From Candidatus Latescibacterota bacterium (GTDB lineage: Bacteria; Latescibacterota; UBA2968; UBA8231): a DNA stretch of 64,000 nt. This document shows, in pieces, positions 9,059 to 18,845 of the stretch. The translations under genes were made by a program, and so were the position numbers. Below the pieces are notes generated by a model. The model made no database searches. It was not told where the DNA came from and saw nothing but the letters and a program-made list of their open reading frames with translations. The stretch covers positions 2,656,001 through 2,720,000 of the forward strand of contig OZ242005.1 in NCBI GenBank assembly GCA_965204725.1, read 5' to 3'. Numbering within the stretch: the first letter of the stretch is position 1; each line of letters starts with the position of its first letter.

Positions 9059-11296
9059 TCAATGATCAGAGGCTGCATCTGGCCGCCCTTCCGCCACGAC
9101 AGATACCTGCGACGTCGTCCACGTCACCGCACGGTTGGCCAAGGTCTGCTCAAAGAGTTTGCGCACCTGCCGCAGCTCGTCTTCGTCGAGATGCTGGGTC
9201 AGATGGTGGGCGTAGGTGTGCCGCTTCTCGCCGCCGGGATTGAACCAATGCGCGAGATGGCGCGGCTCAATGTGCCGCTGCGACTGGACCGCTTCCACCG
9301 ACACCTGCACCGAGCCAAAGCCCGCCGCGGCGAATATCTGTTTGAGATCCGCGGCATCCCAGTTGACGCGCGGGTTGTCGGGCGCGGCGTAGATGGCCTC
9401 TTCGGCCTCGACGAGACGCTCGCCGAGCGCGCCGAGTTGCTGCAAGTCGAGCAACTGGTACAAACGTTGCGACCGGCGAGAGAGGACCTCGACCAAGCTG
9501 ACGCGGCCCTGCGGGGCGAGGTAGCGATAGAGGGCTGCGATTACTTCGGCTTTGTGCGCGAGCGCGCCGAGGGCATGGCGTCCTACGACCGCGTCAAAAC
9601 GGACGTCCGGGTCGCGGGCGGCAATCTGGTCGGCGAGGGTGACGAGCGGGCCTTGCAGCACTTGGGGGCGCTCGATCTCGGCTAGGTGGGCGGCGGTCTC
9701 GTGCAGGGCTACGGCCGCGATCTTGTCGCTGACGTGCGCCCAGACGCCGCCTTCGGGCACGCGCCGCAGGGCTTCCCAAGTGAGCAGGCCCGTGCCAGCC
9801 TCCAAGTCGAGGACGAGGTGATGGCGCGCCAGCGCGAGCGGAGCGAAGAGGCGTTGGCGCACGCGCTCTAATTGGGGGGCCACATCGCCGCTGACGCGCT
9901 TGAGCCATTGATCGCGCACTTGGTCGGGCGGCGACAGGGACAGCACTTCGGCCGCGGCGGATTCCCCTTCGCGCATGGCGGCGAGCTGGAGCTCGCGGCG
10001 TTGGCGGACCCGGTCGCCCGCTTCTTTTTCTCGGCCTTGGTCCGAAGGCTGGTAGAAGATGCGGCCCTGCAAACCGGCGGGCAGGTACTGCTGGGCCACC
10101 CAGTGCTCGCGGTAAGCGTGGGGGTAGAGATAGCCGGCGCCGTGGCCAAAGCCCTCGCTGTCGCGGCTAGCGTCTTTGAGGTGAGTGGGCACCTCGCCTT
10201 CGCGTTCTTTTTCCACGACCGCCAGCGCGTCGAAGAAGGCCATAGTCGAGTTGCTCTTGGGCGCGGTGGCCAAGTACAAGGCGGCGTGGGCCAGTGGAAA
10301 ACGCCCCTCGGGCAGCCCAATGCGGTCGAAGGATTCAGCCGCGGCGATGACGACCTGTAAGGCGCGCTCGTCGGCGAGGCCAACGTCTTCGCTGGCGAAA
10401 ATGAGCATGCGGCGAAAGAGAAAGCGCGGGTCTTCGCCGGCGTATATCATCCGCGCCAGCCAGTAGAGAGTGGCGTCTGGATCGGAGCCGCGCATGGATT
10501 TGATAAAGGCACTGATGGCGTCGAAGTGGTAGTCGCCCTCCTTGTCGTAGAGCAGGGCGCGCCGCTGGATGGACTCCTCGGCCACCGCTAGGGTGACGAC
10601 GATCCGCCCTTGGGTGTCTCGCTCGGTGGTCTCGACCGCCAACTCCAAGGCGTTGAGCAGGGCGCGGGCGTCGCCGTTGGCCACGTCGATTAGGTGCGCG
10701 AGGGCGTCGGGGTGCAGGACGACGCGGAGGTGACCGTAGCCGCGGGCGTCGGCAAGCGCCTGTTGGGCAATGTGCGCGAGGGCTTGGGCACTAAGGCCCT
10801 CAAGCTGAAAAACCCGGCTCCGCGAGAGCAGGGGGCGGTTGACCGAGAAGTATGGATTCTCAGTGGTCGCGCCGATGAGAATGATGGTGCCGTTTTCGAC
10901 CCAAGGCAGGAGCGCGTCTTGCTGGGCCTTGTTGAAGCGGTGGACCTCGTCGATGAAGAGGATGGTTTTGCGGCTGTGCAACTTGCACAACTGGCCGGCC
11001 TCATCGACGGCTTGACGAATGTCGGCGACCCCGGCCAAGACGGCGTTGATAGAAATAAAATGGGCGCGGGTGGTGTGGGCGATGACGGCCGCGAGCGTGG
11101 TTTTGCCCGTGCCGGGCGGGCCGTAGAAAATCAGGGAGGAGAGTTGGTCGGCCTCAATGGCGCGCCGCAGCAGGCGGCCCGGCCCGAGAATGTGGTCTTG
11201 GCCGACGTATTCGTCTAAGGTGTGCGGTCGCAGGCGAGCGGCTAGGGGCTGGTCCGCCGCTTGGCGATCTTTAAGTCCGGCGTCGAACAGATCCAT
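9059..11296 (-). CDS. rarA: Replication-associated recombination protein A (RarA/MgsA) with a C-terminal SAM-methyltransferase-like domain
   Basis: [46 protein letters not shown]; C-terminal [12 protein letters not shown]. Confidence 0.92.
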   Translation of the reverse strand: MDLFDAGLKDRQAADQPLAARLRPHTLDEYVGQDHILGPGRLLRRAIEADQLSSLIFYGPPGTGKTTLAAVIAHTTRAHFISINAVLAGVADIRQAVDEAGQLCKLHSRKTILFIDEVHRFNKAQQDALLPWVENGTIILIGATTENPYFSVNRPLLSRSRVFQLEGLSAQALAHIAQQALADARGYGHLRVVLHPDALAHLIDVANGDARALLNALELAVETTERDTQGRIVVTLAVAEESIQRRALLYDKEGDYHFDAISAFIKSMRGSDPDATLYWLARMIYAGEDPRFLFRRMLIFASEDVGLADERALQVVIAAAESFDRIGLPEGRFPLAHAALYLATAPKSNSTMAFFDALAVVEKEREGEVPTHLKDASRDSEGFGHGAGYLYPHAYREHWVAQQYLPAGLQGRIFYQPSDQGREKEAGDRVRQRRELQLAAMREGESAAAEVLSLSPPDQVRDQWLKRVSGDVAPQLERVRQRLFAPLALARHHLVLDLEAGTGLLTWEALRRVPEGGVWAHVSDKIAAVALHETAAHLAEIERPQVLQGPLVTLADQIAARDPDVRFDAVVGRHALGALAHKAEVIAALYRYLAPQGRVSLVEVLSRRSQRLYQLLDLQQLGALGERLVEAEEAIYAAPDNPRVNWDAADLKQIFAAAGFGSVQVSVEAVQSQRHIEPRHLAHWFNPGGEKRHTYAHHLTQHLDEDELRQVRKLFEQTLANRAVTWTTSQVSVVAEGRPDAASDH

Positions 11297-11425
11297 GCTT
11301 TTACCTCCGGGGAGCTGCTAAAAACATAACGACTTAGTTGAACCGCGCGAACCCCTCCGCTCGTAGCGGCTAGGCCGTCTCTTCTTTATGTTTTCTAAGA
11401 ACACAGTTTTACGCTGGAGAGGCGC

Positions 11426-12547
11426 ATGAAAATTACTCATTTAGAACTCCATTCGGTCGCGGCGTCGCCCCGCGGCAACTGGATCTTCGTCCAAGTTCAC
11501 ACCGACGCCGGGTTGAGCGGGCTGGGCGAAGCCAGTCAGAGCGGCAACGACAGCTTGGTCGCGGCCGCGCTGGAGCAGTTGGGGCCGAGATTGGCGGGCG
11601 CGGACCCGACCCAAGTAGAGGCGTTGTGGGAACGGATGGCGCAGGGGGCCGCGATTTTCTCGGGCGACGCCGGCCGCGTGGGGGCTACGGCGCGGAGCGC
11701 GATCGACCAAGCACTGTGGGATTTGGCCGGCAAGGCTTTGGGGGTGCCGGCTTGGCGTCTGTTGGGCGGCAAGCAGCGCGATTCCGTGCGATTGTACGCC
11801 AACCTCAATCGCGGCACCCGCGACCGCAGCCCACAGGGGTTTGCCGATGCGGCCCGCCGAGCGGTTGATGCCGGCTTCAGCGCGGTCAAGAGCACGCCCT
11901 TTGACGAAGTGCATTGGCGGCGGATGGACCGCGCTGGCGTCGAGCGCGACGCAGACCAAGGAATCGCACGGCTCGCGGCCACGCGGGAGGCCATTGGCGA
12001 CGAAATCGAGCTGTTGGTGGATTGCCATCAGCGCTTTGACTTGGCCTTGGCCTTTAAGGTGGCCGAAAAGGTGCGGCCGCTCGATCTGTACTGGTTTGAG
12101 GAGCCAGTGCCGCGCGATCAAGTCGATGCCCTGCGCCAGTTGCGGTTGCATTCGGGCCATACCATTGCCGGGGGCGAGTCCCTCGTCGGTCGTGCGGGCT
12201 TTTGGCCCTACATCGCCCAAGGAGCCGTAGATGTGCTGATGCCGGATGTCAAACACGCCGGGGGCATTACCGAATGCCGCCGCATTGCCGCGCTGGCCGA
12301 AGTAGTGCAGATGCCGATCTCGCCCCACAGCCCGGCCGGTCCGGTATCGACGATGGCCGGCGTTCATCTAGCGGCGACGATTGCCAACTTCACGGTGCTC
12401 GAATACGCTTTTGGCGAGGTGGATTGGCGCGGCGAATTGGTGCGCCCGGCCGAAACCATACTAGACGGCCACATCCGGGTGCCGGACGCGCCCGGCTTGG
12501 GGATTGAACTTGACGACGCGGTGCTCATGGCGCACCGGGTGCCATAA
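11426..12547 (+). CDS. Mandelate racemase/muconate lactonizing (DgoD-like) enolase-superfamily dehydratase
   Basis: SAIDQALWDLAGKALGVP, VDCH, WFEEP, GGES, HSPAGP. Confidence 0.9.
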   Translation: MKITHLELHSVAASPRGNWIFVQVHTDAGLSGLGEASQSGNDSLVAAALEQLGPRLAGADPTQVEALWERMAQGAAIFSGDAGRVGATARSAIDQALWDLAGKALGVPAWRLLGGKQRDSVRLYANLNRGTRDRSPQGFADAARRAVDAGFSAVKSTPFDEVHWRRMDRAGVERDADQGIARLAATREAIGDEIELLVDCHQRFDLALAFKVAEKVRPLDLYWFEEPVPRDQVDALRQLRLHSGHTIAGGESLVGRAGFWPYIAQGAVDVLMPDVKHAGGITECRRIAALAEVVQMPISPHSPAGPVSTMAGVHLAATIANFTVLEYAFGEVDWRGELVRPAETILDGHIRVPDAPGLGIELDDAVLMAHRVP

Positions 12548-13153
12548 ATGTTCTGTCAACTCGACGACGCGATCGCGGACTTCCGCGCCGGAAAATTCTT
12601 GGTCTTAGTCGATGCACACGACCGCGAAGACGAAGGCGATCTAATCGTGGCCGCCGAATACGTCTCAGGTGCTGCGATCAATCAAATGCTCATTGAGGCG
12701 CGCGGCATGCTACACCTAGCCACGACCGAGGCCCATCTGGCGCGGCTCGGCGTCGGCCTGATTGAGCCACACAATGCCGACTGGACGACGCCGCGCTTTG
12801 GGCTGCCGTTTGACGCGCTAGAGGGGATCGAAACCGGCGTCTCAGCGGCCGATCGCGCCACGTCCATTCAGCGGTCCCTCGCCCCAGACACCGGCCCGGC
12901 CGACATCGTCATTCCCGGGCACGTATTTCCCTTGGCAGCCCGCCCAGAGGGCTTGCTCCGCCGCCAAGGGCACACCGAAGGAGCCGTGGAGTTGGCCCGC
13001 CAAGCGGGGCTTTTTCCGGCCGCGGTGATGTCCGAGGTAATGGCCCCCGACGGCACCATGGCCAAGGGCCAGCAGCTCGTGGATTTTGCCGCCCGCCTCG
13101 GCTGCCGCTTAATCGACATAGAGCAGCTCCACCAAGCAGTGCTGGGCGGCTGA
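12548..13153 (+). CDS. ribB: DHBP synthase (RibB)-family protein, divergent
   Basis: DREDEGDL, TGVSAADRA, PGHVFPL, GHTEGAVELAR, SEV. Confidence 0.8.
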   Translation: MFCQLDDAIADFRAGKFLVLVDAHDREDEGDLIVAAEYVSGAAINQMLIEARGMLHLATTEAHLARLGVGLIEPHNADWTTPRFGLPFDALEGIETGVSAADRATSIQRSLAPDTGPADIVIPGHVFPLAARPEGLLRRQGHTEGAVELARQAGLFPAAVMSEVMAPDGTMAKGQQLVDFAARLGCRLIDIEQLHQAVLGG

Positions 13154-13165
13154 CTTCCGAGGTTC

Positions 13166-15283
13166 ATGTACCTTCTCCTCCTGCTTCTCCCCTTCGTCCT
13201 CTGCGGGCGGCTCAACGCGAGCGATCACCCGGTGCGGGCCAGTCTTTTGGCCGACGTAGAGGCCGTGACGCCCGGCCAGCCCTTTCGGCTGGGGGTCGAG
13301 CTGAGGATGGCGGCGGGCTGGCACACCTATTGGCTTTTTAGCGGCGACGCCGGCTTGCCCACCGCAGTCGAGTGGCAGGTCCCTCCGGGGGTTGTCTCTA
13401 GGCCACTGCAATGGCCCTTGCCGAGCAAATTCGAGGAAGAAGGGGGGCTGGTGGTCTATGGGTATGCCGATGAAGTCCTGCTCATGGCCCGGGCTACCGC
13501 GCCCAGCGCGCTGGCTGTGGGGGATACGCTGCGCTTGGCGGCCGAGGTCTCTTGGCTGGTATGCCGCGAGTTGTGCATCCCCGGGGAGGCGTCGGTGGCG
13601 TTGGCCCTGCCGGTAGCTGCGGCGAGCGAGCCGAATGCCCAGCAGCCGCAGTTTGATCGCTATGCGGCGCAGGTGCCGGGCGAGGGGGTCGGGCGCGTTG
13701 CGGTCGATATTGGCGTCCGGGGCGAGGGGGTTATGGAGGTGGATGTGCGCCTCGCGGCCGAGGGCCAGTCTTTTGAGCAGGGCGAGCAGGCACCCGACTT
13801 CTATCCGCTCGCGGCCGACGACTTTGCGCTCTCCACCCGGCGTCTAGCGGCCGATCACCTAGTGCTTTCGGTCGAACCTTATGGCGACGCCAAAGTTGAT
13901 ACGCTGCGCGGCGTGCTCGTCTATGGGCTAGATGGCGCGGTTCAAGCTGGGGTGTTGACGCTCGATTTGCGCGCGGCACCGCGCCGAGGCGGGGGGATTT
14001 TGCAGAGGGATTACCGTGCGGCGAGCGGACAGATCGAGCGGCCGCTGTGGTTTTATATCGCCTTTGCGGCGTTGGGGGGGTTGATCCTCAACCTGATGCC
14101 CTGCGTGTTGCCGGTCATCTCGCTTAAGGTGCTCGGGTTTGTCAATCAAGCCGGGGAGGAGACCCAGCGGGTGCGGCAACTCGGATGGGCGTTTTGCGCC
14201 GGTATTGTGGCCACCTTTTTGGCGCTGGCCCTAGCGGTGCTCTTGCTCAAAAGCAGCGGCGAGCAGATCGGTTGGGGCTTTCAGTTCCAGTACCCGGGTT
14301 TTGTAGTGGCGATGAGTGCCTTGGTCTTTGCGTTGGCCCTAAGCCTTTTCGGCGTCTATGAAATCCTGCTTCCGGGAACCAGTAGCTTGGGGGGATTAGG
14401 GGGGCACGAGGGGCTGACGGGATCCTTTCTCAACGGCGTGTTGGCGACGATTCTGGCCACGCCCTGCACCGCGCCCTTTTTGGGAACCGCGCTTGGCTTT
14501 GCCTTCGCCCAACCCGTCGCGGTCGTCGTCGCGGTCTTTTTGGCGATTGGCGTGGGTATGGCACTGCCCTATGGGGTGCTGGCGCTTGAACCGGCTTGGA
14601 TCGGGCACTTGCCCAAGCCCGGCCCTTGGCTGGTGCGGTTCAAGCAGCTCATGGGCTTTTTGCTGATGGCCACGGTGCTGTGGTTGCTCTGGGTCTTAGG
14701 CAAGCAGACCGGGGTCGAAGGCGTGGTGTGGACCGGGGCCTTTTTGCTGGCGCTGGGGTTGGCCTGCTGGGTTTGGGGTCAGTGGGGCAGCTTCCAGCAT
14801 CCCAATCGCTCGAAAAGGGTGGCCCGCGTGGCGGCGCTGGGGCTGGTTGTGAGCAGCTATGCGATCTTTGTCCATCCGTTGCTAACGGCCAATCCCGCTC
14901 AGACCACCGCGCCCGCCCTAGACTGGCAGCCGTTTAGCGCGGCCCGCGTTGAGGAGTTGGTCACCGGCGGGCAGATGGTCTTTATCGACTTTACGGCCGA
15001 GTGGTGCTGGACGTGCAAAGTCAACGAGCAAGCGGTGCTGGCGCAGCACGTGGTACGCGAGCAGTTCGCCGCGCTCAATGTGGCCTTAGTCCAAGCCGAT
15101 TGGACCAATCGCAACCCCGAGATCACGCAGTTCTTGCGCGCCTTTGGGCGCTCGGGGGTGCCCCTGTACGTGATCTTTCCCGCCGGTCACATCGACCAGC
15201 CGCTGGTGTTGCCCGAGGTTATTACGCCAGCCATGGTCGTCGAAAAACTAGCCGCGGCCGCCGCGCTCGCTCGCAACAACTGA
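13166..15283 (+). CDS. dsbD: Thiol:disulfide interchange protein, DsbD family
   Basis: N-terminal WHTYW and CRELC; TM domain NLMPCVLPV and ATPCTAPF; thioredoxin domain WCWTC. Confidence 0.9.
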   Translation: MYLLLLLLPFVLCGRLNASDHPVRASLLADVEAVTPGQPFRLGVELRMAAGWHTYWLFSGDAGLPTAVEWQVPPGVVSRPLQWPLPSKFEEEGGLVVYGYADEVLLMARATAPSALAVGDTLRLAAEVSWLVCRELCIPGEASVALALPVAAASEPNAQQPQFDRYAAQVPGEGVGRVAVDIGVRGEGVMEVDVRLAAEGQSFEQGEQAPDFYPLAADDFALSTRRLAADHLVLSVEPYGDAKVDTLRGVLVYGLDGAVQAGVLTLDLRAAPRRGGGILQRDYRAASGQIERPLWFYIAFAALGGLILNLMPCVLPVISLKVLGFVNQAGEETQRVRQLGWAFCAGIVATFLALALAVLLLKSSGEQIGWGFQFQYPGFVVAMSALVFALALSLFGVYEILLPGTSSLGGLGGHEGLTGSFLNGVLATILATPCTAPFLGTALGFAFAQPVAVVVAVFLAIGVGMALPYGVLALEPAWIGHLPKPGPWLVRFKQLMGFLLMATVLWLLWVLGKQTGVEGVVWTGAFLLALGLACWVWGQWGSFQHPNRSKRVARVAALGLVVSSYAIFVHPLLTANPAQTTAPALDWQPFSAARVEELVTGGQMVFIDFTAEWCWTCKVNEQAVLAQHVVREQFAALNVALVQADWTNRNPEITQFLRAFGRSGVPLYVIFPAGHIDQPLVLPEVITPAMVVEKLAAAAALARNN

Positions 15284-15290
15284 GGCCGCC

Positions 15291-16112
15291 GTGTTCTCGG
15301 TTGTCATTCCGGTGTACAATCGCCGGGCGTTGGTTGGCCGAGCGATCCGTTCGGTACTGACGCAGCAGGAGGCAGACTTTGAGGTGATCGTGGTAGATGA
15401 CGCCTCCGACGACGGTACGCCCGAGCAGGTGCGCGAGGAATTTGGCAGCGCCGTCAAAATAGTCATCCTCAAAGAAAACAGCGGGGTTGCCGCGGCGCGC
15501 AATCGCGGGATCGCAGCGGCCGCGAGCGAGTGGATCGCCCTGCTCGATTCGGACGACGAGTGGTTGCCCAACAAACTCGCTCGCCAAGCAGCCGCCCTGC
15601 GCGCGAGCGGGCTGTGGGTCTGCCACACCGACGAGATTTGGATCCGCAATGGCGTGCGGGTCAATCCCCACAAACATCACCAGAAATACGGCGGCGACAT
15701 TTTCTTCCGCGCTCTGCCTTTGTGTGTTATGTCGCCATCGTCGATTGCGATTCACCGCCGGGTCTTTGCAGACGTTGGTATGTTTGACGAATGCCTGCCC
15801 GCCTGTGAGGACTACGAGCTGTGGCTGCGGGTTGCCAGTCGCTATGAGGTGGCTTATTTGGCCGAGCAACTCATTCGCAAATACGGCGGCCACGCCGATC
15901 AACTATCGCAGGCTTACTACGCGATGGATCGCTTTCGAGTGTATGCGCTCGACAAGCTGCTGCGCGAGACGCCGCAACTCGCACCCGATCGCGCCGCGGC
16001 CGCACGGGCCATGCTATTGCACAAGGCGCGGATTGTCTGGCGCGGCGCCACCAAGCGCGACAACGCGGAGTTGCAGCGGCAGATGGAGGTCTATGTGGAA
16101 CGCTGGGAGTGA
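15291..16112 (+). CDS. Glycosyltransferase family 2
   Basis: SVVIPVYNR, VVDDASDD, AARNRG, LDSDD, EDYELWLR. Confidence 0.92.
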   Translation: MFSVVIPVYNRRALVGRAIRSVLTQQEADFEVIVVDDASDDGTPEQVREEFGSAVKIVILKENSGVAAARNRGIAAAASEWIALLDSDDEWLPNKLARQAAALRASGLWVCHTDEIWIRNGVRVNPHKHHQKYGGDIFFRALPLCVMSPSSIAIHRRVFADVGMFDECLPACEDYELWLRVASRYEVAYLAEQLIRKYGGHADQLSQAYYAMDRFRVYALDKLLRETPQLAPDRAAAARAMLLHKARIVWRGATKRDNAELQRQMEVYVERWE

Positions 16113-16174
16113 AGAGGCTTCCGCCTAAAGACGCATGCTTTTGCGGGGTCGGTGGGGATTGCGACCGCTGCAAA

Positions 16175-16223
16175 AATAAAACCCTAGTTGGCACGACAAA
16201 TGTCGCTCAACTAGGGTTTTATT
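16175..16223. terminator. Probable bidirectional terminator hairpin between convergent genes
   Basis: Perfect 16-bp inverted repeat AATAAAACCCTAGTTG ... CAACTAGGGTTTTATT. Confidence 0.65.
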
Positions 16224-16265
16224 GTACCGCCCAATTCGCACGACAAACGCCGTGCGCGGACGCAG

Positions 16266-16742
16266 CTATTCGCCGGCCTGTGCCTTGCGTTGCTCTAGCT
16301 CCTGCTTGGCTTGCTTTTTGCCCATCTTGCTGAGTGCGGCAATTTTTGGCAGGTGAGCCTCACGCGGCTTGGACGATCCCGCTTCCCAACGCAAAACAGT
16401 GTTGGTGCTAGTGCCGAGTAGTACGCCCACATCGGCTTGGGAAAGACTGAGGCGCTTGCGGTTGTTCTTGAACGAAGCCGGGGAAAATCGGGTTTTGGCT
16501 TTCCGCTTGGGCGCGGGTGCCGCGGCTTTCTTGGCGGGCGCGGGCTTGTCAGCTTTGGCTTTGGCTTTGGCTTTCGCCTTGGGCTTGGCTTTGGCCTTGG
16601 GCTGATCGTCTTGTTTTTCCAAGCGGGCGATGCGAGCGTTCTGCTCTTTGATGGTTTTCACAAGCTCGCGCGTCTGGTCTTGCACTTCTTTGCGAGCTAG
16701 CTTGCTGATCTCTTCTTTCAAAAGGGTTGCGAGGTTAGGCAT
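16266..16742 (-). CDS. XRE/Cro HTH protein with N-terminal coiled coil and Lys/Ala-rich linker
   Basis: MPNLATLLKEEISKLARKE, (KA)n linker, RKRLSLSQADVGVLLGTSTNTVLRWEAG. Confidence 0.85.
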   Translation of the reverse strand: MPNLATLLKEEISKLARKEVQDQTRELVKTIKEQNARIARLEKQDDQPKAKAKPKAKAKAKAKADKPAPAKKAAAPAPKRKAKTRFSPASFKNNRKRLSLSQADVGVLLGTSTNTVLRWEAGSSKPREAHLPKIAALSKMGKKQAKQELEQRKAQAGE

Positions 16743-17139
16743 GAAATATCCTTTCGCCTTTAAGGAAGTGTAGGTGCGAATGTTTCCAAATTAAGAGAAA
16801 GATCGACTATTTAGCAAATGCAAGTAGTGGGCACTTTGAATTTTTTGGACATTTTGTCTCCTTATCGGGGCTGAAATTTGCAAAGTGACCCGCGACCTAA
16901 ATGCCTGTCTCCCCGCTGGCAAAAGGTAGGGTCTCAACGACATTTACGCCGACCGGCCACGCAAAATTTTGTGGAATCGGCGCGTTGGTCTGGCGTGTCG
17001 TATTAGGGAAAATTTGCTGCGACAAAGGGACATTTCGCGCTTTTGCTTTTTGCGATTGTAGGTGGGATGGGAAAGTGCGTTGCGCCCTATTTCTGTGCAG
17101 AGCAAAACGACGCGAACAGGTAGAAAATTACATCGGCAC

Positions 17140-17320
17140 TATAGCAATCCTACATGACTTGCAAGCATGTAGAGATGCTTCGACTACGCTTCGCTACGCT
17201 CAGCATGACACACAGACGGGGGCTGCGTCCCCCACACCTTGTCATACTGAGCGTAGCGAAGTATCTCATACCCAAAACGCCATGCAGAACATCCCTTATG
17301 AACGATGTAGGACGGCTATA
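17140..17320. mobile_element. IS630-type MITE (TA ends) carrying an inverted REP-like pair
   Basis: TIRs TATAGCAATCCTACAT / ATGTAGGACGGCTATA (14/16). The left TIR matches the IS630 end at 38195-38210 at 15/16. Confidence 0.75.
17173..17266. repeat. Inverted REP-like pair (GCTTCGCTACGCTCAGCATGACA / TGTCATACTGAGCGTAGCGAAGT)
   Basis: Near-perfect ~23-bp inverted repeat; a related half copy agatgcttcgactccgc sits at 39224-39240. Confidence 0.75.
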
Positions 17321-17390
17321 GCGCGAAAAAACGCCGACTCGGTACGATACATTGTGAGCGTCAATACAGCGTTTCCACGATGCTTTTGCG

Positions 17391-18845
17391 CTAGGCGTTG
17401 TAAGCTGTTGATGCCGTCGTTCCTCCGCGTCCGGTCCAGTTGGTGTGAAAGAACGTGCCGCGCGGCTTGTCGGTGCGCTCATAAGTATGGGCACCGAAGT
17501 AGTCGCGCTGGGCTTGGAGCAGATTGGCGGGCAGGCGGGCGGAGCGGTAGCCGTCGTAGTACGCGAGGGCACTGGAAAAGGTCGGCACCGGGATGCCGAG
17601 GGTTGCGGCCGTAGCCACGACTCTGCGCCACGACGCTTGGGTTTGCGCGAGGGCTTGGCTGAAGTACGGCGCGAGCAGCAGATTGGCCAGCGTTGGCTCC
17701 GCGTCAAAGGCTTCCTTGATGCGGCCCAAAAACTGGGCGCGAATAATGCAGCCGCCGCGCCACAGCAGGGCGATGCCTCCGTAGTTGAGCGCCCAGTCGT
17801 ATTCGCGGGCGGCGAGGGCGAGCAACTGATAGCCTTGGGCGTAGGAACAAATTTTGGCCGCGTACAGGGCGCGGCGGATGTCTTCGACAAAAGCGTCTTT
17901 GTCACCCGTAAACGAAGCGTCTGGTCCCGGGAGGATGCTGGCGGCCGCTACGCGCTCGTCCTTGAGGAAGGATAGCGCACGGCTGAAGACGGCCTCGGTA
18001 ATGGCGGTTACGGGCGCACCCAATTGCAGGGCGTCGATGCCGGTCCACTTGCCAGTGCCCTTTTGCCCGGCCGCGTCAAGTATGACATCGACCAGCGGCT
18101 GGCCGGTCTCGTCGTCGGTCTTGGCGAGGATGTCGCCGGTTATTTCGATGAGGTAGCTGTCGAGCTCGCCCTCATTCCACTGCTTGAAAATTTCGCTCTG
18201 CGCCTGCGGCTCAATACCGAGGGCCTCGCGCATCAGGGCGTAGGCCTCGGCGATCATCTGCATATCGCCGTACTCAATGCCGTTGTGGACCATTTTCACG
18301 TAGTGCCCGGCCCCATCGCGCCCCACCCAATCGCAACACGGGCTGCCGTCGGCGACTTTGGCGGCAATGGCTTGGAAGAGGTCTTTGATGTGGGGCCAAG
18401 CGGCCGGGTTGCCGCCGGGCATGATGCTCGGCCCCTTGAGCGCGCCCTCCTCGCCACCGGAGACGCCCGTGCCCACGTAGAGCAAGCCTTTGGCCGCCAG
18501 CGCTTGGGTGCGGCGAGCCGTGTCTTGGTAGTTGGAGTTGCCTCCGTCAATGAGGATGTCGCCGCGGTCGAGCAGGGGCGCGAGCTCCGCTATGACGCGG
18601 TCAACGGCTTGGCCGGCTTGAACCATCAGCATCACGCGGCGCGGCCTTTTGAGTTGGGCGAGCAGTTCGGCGGGCGAATGGGTGCCGATGATGGATTGGC
18701 CGCGGGCGCGGCCGGTCATAAAGGCCTGGACCTTGGCGGTTGTGCGGTTGTACACCGCAACGGTGAAACCGCGACTCGCCATGTTGAGGACGAGGTTTTC
18801 GCCCATCACGGCTAGGCCGATTAGGCCGATGTCTGCTTGGCTCAT
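17391..18845 (-). CDS. gnd: NADP-dependent 6-phosphogluconate dehydrogenase
   Basis: IGLIGLAVMGENL, VSGGEEGA, KMVHNGIEYGDMQ, QAQRDYFGAHTY. Confidence 0.97.
   Translation of the reverse strand: MSQADIGLIGLAVMGENLVLNMASRGFTVAVYNRTTAKVQAFMTGRARGQSIIGTHSPAELLAQLKRPRRVMLMVQAGQAVDRVIAELAPLLDRGDILIDGGNSNYQDTARRTQALAAKGLLYVGTGVSGGEEGALKGPSIMPGGNPAAWPHIKDLFQAIAAKVADGSPCCDWVGRDGAGHYVKMVHNGIEYGDMQMIAEAYALMREALGIEPQAQSEIFKQWNEGELDSYLIEITGDILAKTDDETGQPLVDVILDAAGQKGTGKWTGIDALQLGAPVTAITEAVFSRALSFLKDERVAAASILPGPDASFTGDKDAFVEDIRRALYAAKICSYAQGYQLLALAAREYDWALNYGGIALLWRGGCIIRAQFLGRIKEAFDAEPTLANLLLAPYFSQALAQTQASWRRVVATAATLGIPVPTFSSALAYYDGYRSARLPANLLQAQRDYFGAHTYERTDKPRGTFFHTNWTGRGGTTASTAYNA

Noticed and set aside
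16901-17905. ORFs 16901..17614 (+) and 17150..17905 (-)
   Set aside because: They run through a MITE/REP and overlap gnd; no protein motifs.
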